Made by a program: the position numbers and the translations under genes. A stretch of 63,693 bases of DNA, counting the filler, from Reticulomyxa filosa (lineage: Eukaryota; Protista; Foraminifera), in the NCBI GenBank assembly GCA_000512085.1. It is 17 parts of 17 records of this genome, joined end to end, with 100 filler letters (N's around TTAATTAATTAA, not from the genome) between each part and the next. Parts side by side here need not be neighbours in the genome. Positions count along the whole stretch, not along the records: positions 60,907 to 62,587 come from ASPP01003756.1; positions 62,688 to 63,693 come from ASPP01019047.1; 15 more parts are not named here. One strand, given 5' to 3'. Each line of letters begins with the position of its first letter. Position 1 is the stretch's first letter. The notes under the pieces were generated by a model, which did no database searches, was not told the origin of the DNA, and saw nothing but the letters and a program-made list of their open reading frames with translations. Below, in pieces: positions 60,807 to 63,693 of the stretch.

Positions 60807-63693
60807 NNNNNNNNNNNNNNNNNNNNNNNNNNNNNNNNNNNNNNNNNNNNTTAATTAATTAANNNNNNNNNNNNNNNNNNNNNNNNNNNNNNNNNNNNNN
60901 NNNNNNAAAAAAAAAGTACAACAAAATGGGAACAAGATCTTGTATTTCTTGCATTTTTCTCATGACAGGAATCAAAGATCTGATTAATGAAGTTTGGTTT
61001 CAAGTTTGTTTTTTTCTTTTTTTTTTTTTTTGCGCATAGCAAACAAAAACGTTTTTATTTTTTACATTTAAAAAAAATTTTTTTTAATATGGTGAAATCA
61101 TTGATTGCAGAGTTTTTCGTACTGCCTTGGATAGCAAAGACAATCAAAACATTTAGCGTCGAGAGATAGTGATGATGATCAATGTAAAATTGGTCATTCA
61201 CGGCAACATTCACCCAGTTGGAATTTTAATGACATATTATTGTTTGTCATCACAATGGTTGAACTCTTCGTTGTGCAATCACGTGAAGTCATTGCAATTT
61301 GTTTAAAACGAATACTTGCATCAATACAAATAATCGTCCTCTGCTGAATACCTTTCCTATCGACTTATAGCGATTTACCAAGGTAAGATTTTGTAAATAT
61401 GCTCTTCTCTTTCTCTTTTGCTTTTGAATAATTTTTTTTATTTGTAAATGAATTAAACAGAAGGAAAGATATCAATTTGTACTACTTAACACTGCGAAAT
61501 TGTTGATCAATAATTAAAATCTGAATTTTTATGAACATTCACAAAATGTTTTTACACTGCAGAAATATCAATCAATTCAATCGATATATGAAAAAAATTG
61601 TTAAAACAAGCGCAATAAAAAATTACAACTAACAATTTTTATCAAATTAATTGGTTCATATGCTTTTAGTTTTTTCTTTTTCCTTTGGTTATTGATAAAT
61701 GAAATAACTATTTTAAACTAAACAATTGAATAGTGCAAACATGAAGAATTTCTGTTTTTTGATTCAATTATAGTACCATTGCAGAAATATATATTCTATA
61801 TGATATTTCAGAACAATATATCTCGAAATATCATTAAACATCAAAAAAAAAAGTTCTGAAAATGTAGATGATTCTGCTGGTAAAACAACTTCTGCTTTGG
61901 CATTTTTATTTTAAACAAAAAAATGTCAATTAGAAAGTAGTATTCATAGTCATGGAAAATAGGTAGTAAAGTATCAGAAGAGTAAAACAAAGAAAAAGTA
62001 AGGAATTGAGTACAAGTATTAAAGGAACAAAAAAAGACGTTTTAGTCAAAGCTCTCTTTTGTAAAAAAAAACAATAACGACTCAACTTTTAACCTTGATT
62101 ACTTGCTGCACTTTTCAAAAGTTCAGGGTACATGATATTTTGATCAGTGTCATTTTTTTATTTTTTATTTGGTGATAAATTAATCAAGAAAATACAAAAA
62201 TTTTATTTTATTTTTTTTCTGCAATAACAATAGTTTTTTTAATCTCGTGAGAAACATTTTTGAAAAAAAACAATCGAAAACAGTCAATCAATACAACTCA
62301 AAGTAAAATATATCAATTCTGCAATTTTCTTTTTTTTGATTAAATAAATGAACATTTTTTGATTAAATTATATCAAAAATTGATGTTTTCGTTCACTTAT
62401 TTTGTTTGATATAGGGATGACCCCCTTTGAGTAATGGTCAAAATGACGTGTTGCGGAAATTTTGAGACCTCCTCACAGAAAACAAAAGATAGCAAGGTGT
62501 TGGAGGTTCAGAATTTTAAATATGAAGAAATCTTTCAAAGTTATTTTGTCGGCAAAGGCCAGTCTGTTGGGCAAGTGTGGAAATCAANNNNNNNNNNNNN
62601 NNNNNNNNNNNNNNNNNNNNNNNNNNNNNNNTTAATTAATTAANNNNNNNNNNNNNNNNNNNNNNNNNNNNNNNNNNNNNNNNNNNNCCAAGTCAGTAGC
62701 AAAAAATTAAAATTAACAACTACGATTTGTTGATGAAAGTTTTGATTGCATTATCGTCGGCCATTTTACGGGCAGACAGAAGAGTTCATTTGTGACGAAT
62801 GTGAGACAAATCCCTTTCATTAAAGTTATGACTGTTCATTATTTTTTTTTGTCATTTATTGTTTTATCGCCATTTCACACTATCATTTTTATAAATAAAA
62901 ATCCTGTTTGTCGTCTTTTTTTGTTAATCTAGTACGCGCAGGTACGTAGACAGAAGGTGCAATTATTGCAAACTAAGTAATCGTTTCTGCAAACGCGTAT
63001 AATGAAAACAAAGAGTCCATTTGTATGGACTTGACTGCAAATCTTCTTGAATTCAATTTTGACATACCTGATTAATTAGCTTCATCCGCACGTGCACGCC
63101 AATCGATCAAAATATTGCGCACGTACTTTGATCCATTCGAATCTGGGCATTGGAGAATCACCAAACATTTTTTTTCTACAACAGCAAAGTAGAAAAAAAA
63201 AAGTCAAAAAATTAAGATAGCAAGATAGTAACCCTTTTACTGGAAACGGGTAGAAGGTCGAACATTGCTTGCATTAAGTGTGTTCGATGCCTTTGAGAAA
63301 TTGACAATCTCGAGGCAAAGACTCGGTTTTTTCTTTTTGGCAGGATTACGAGGGTTGGTAACTTCTACTGAACCTCGGGCAAAACCGAAAACCACTTGCT
63401 AATAACAAGGTTGTGAAAGTGATCCAGACGGCTGAGGCAAGGTGTTTTTACACTAATAGGCTATACTGCAAACCATGCTGCATGAAATTGGATCAAACAT
63501 TAAATCTAATGATAAGACAGCATGTTAACTACACTACCAGTATGCATGGTGGCATTGGAAATAATATTGGAAATGGAATTAATTATGTATTGACATGCCA
63601 GATATATGACGATATGAAGAAGGCGAAGTATTCTCGATCATAATTGCAAGTTGTTGTGTCAAGTTCAAATGTACATCACAATGACGAAAAGAC

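Noticed and set aside
2925-62687. Regularly recurring TTAATTAATTAA flanked by Ns as a biological repeat or CRISPR-like array
   Set aside because: It is an artificial six-frame-stop linker. ORFs ending in XXXX-LIN or XXXX-N are artefacts.
60907-63693. Short ORFs in the last two contigs, and similar ones in 40999-42310 and 46969-52391
   Set aside because: Short, compositionally biased, and without motifs or consistent exon structure.

Overview
This window is not one locus. It is 17 short contigs joined by 16 artificial 100-nt spacers (N44-TTAATTAATTAA-N44, stops in all six frames), so adjacency across spacers means nothing. Sixteen contigs come from a very AT-rich, intron-rich protist genome. 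The gene families, A/T-homopolymer introns and many pseudogenes resemble the foraminiferan Reticulomyxa filosa (inference from recalled family motifs, not a search). One contig (26989-29522) is GC-rich bacterial DNA with a LysR regulator divergent from a bicupin and an alpha/beta-hydrolase. Recognisable eukaryotic genes include SF3B4, RPL29, MPP-beta, LST8, a CHO1/PssA-type phosphatidylserine synthase, a DXO/Rai1-like nuclease, a U-box/SAM protein, a RhoGEF, a PSME3IP1-like protein, a 2-oxoacid dehydrogenase E1-like protein, two PPR paralogues and a pLGIC-like protein. Decayed copies include eRF1, SPRY/SAM, kelch and a tRNA. The most novel candidates are: (1) one spliced gene that appears to fuse a signal peptide, PI-PLC X domain, ShK domain, Cys-rich region and a Tweety/prominin-like membrane module (56490-60806); (2) a palindrome-rich, internally duplicated element with a compensatory base-pair change, found on two contigs (5078-5760 and 33312-33720); (3) PPR proteins ending in a degenerate Smr-like domain; (4) a divergent DXO with His-containing 12-aa repeats.
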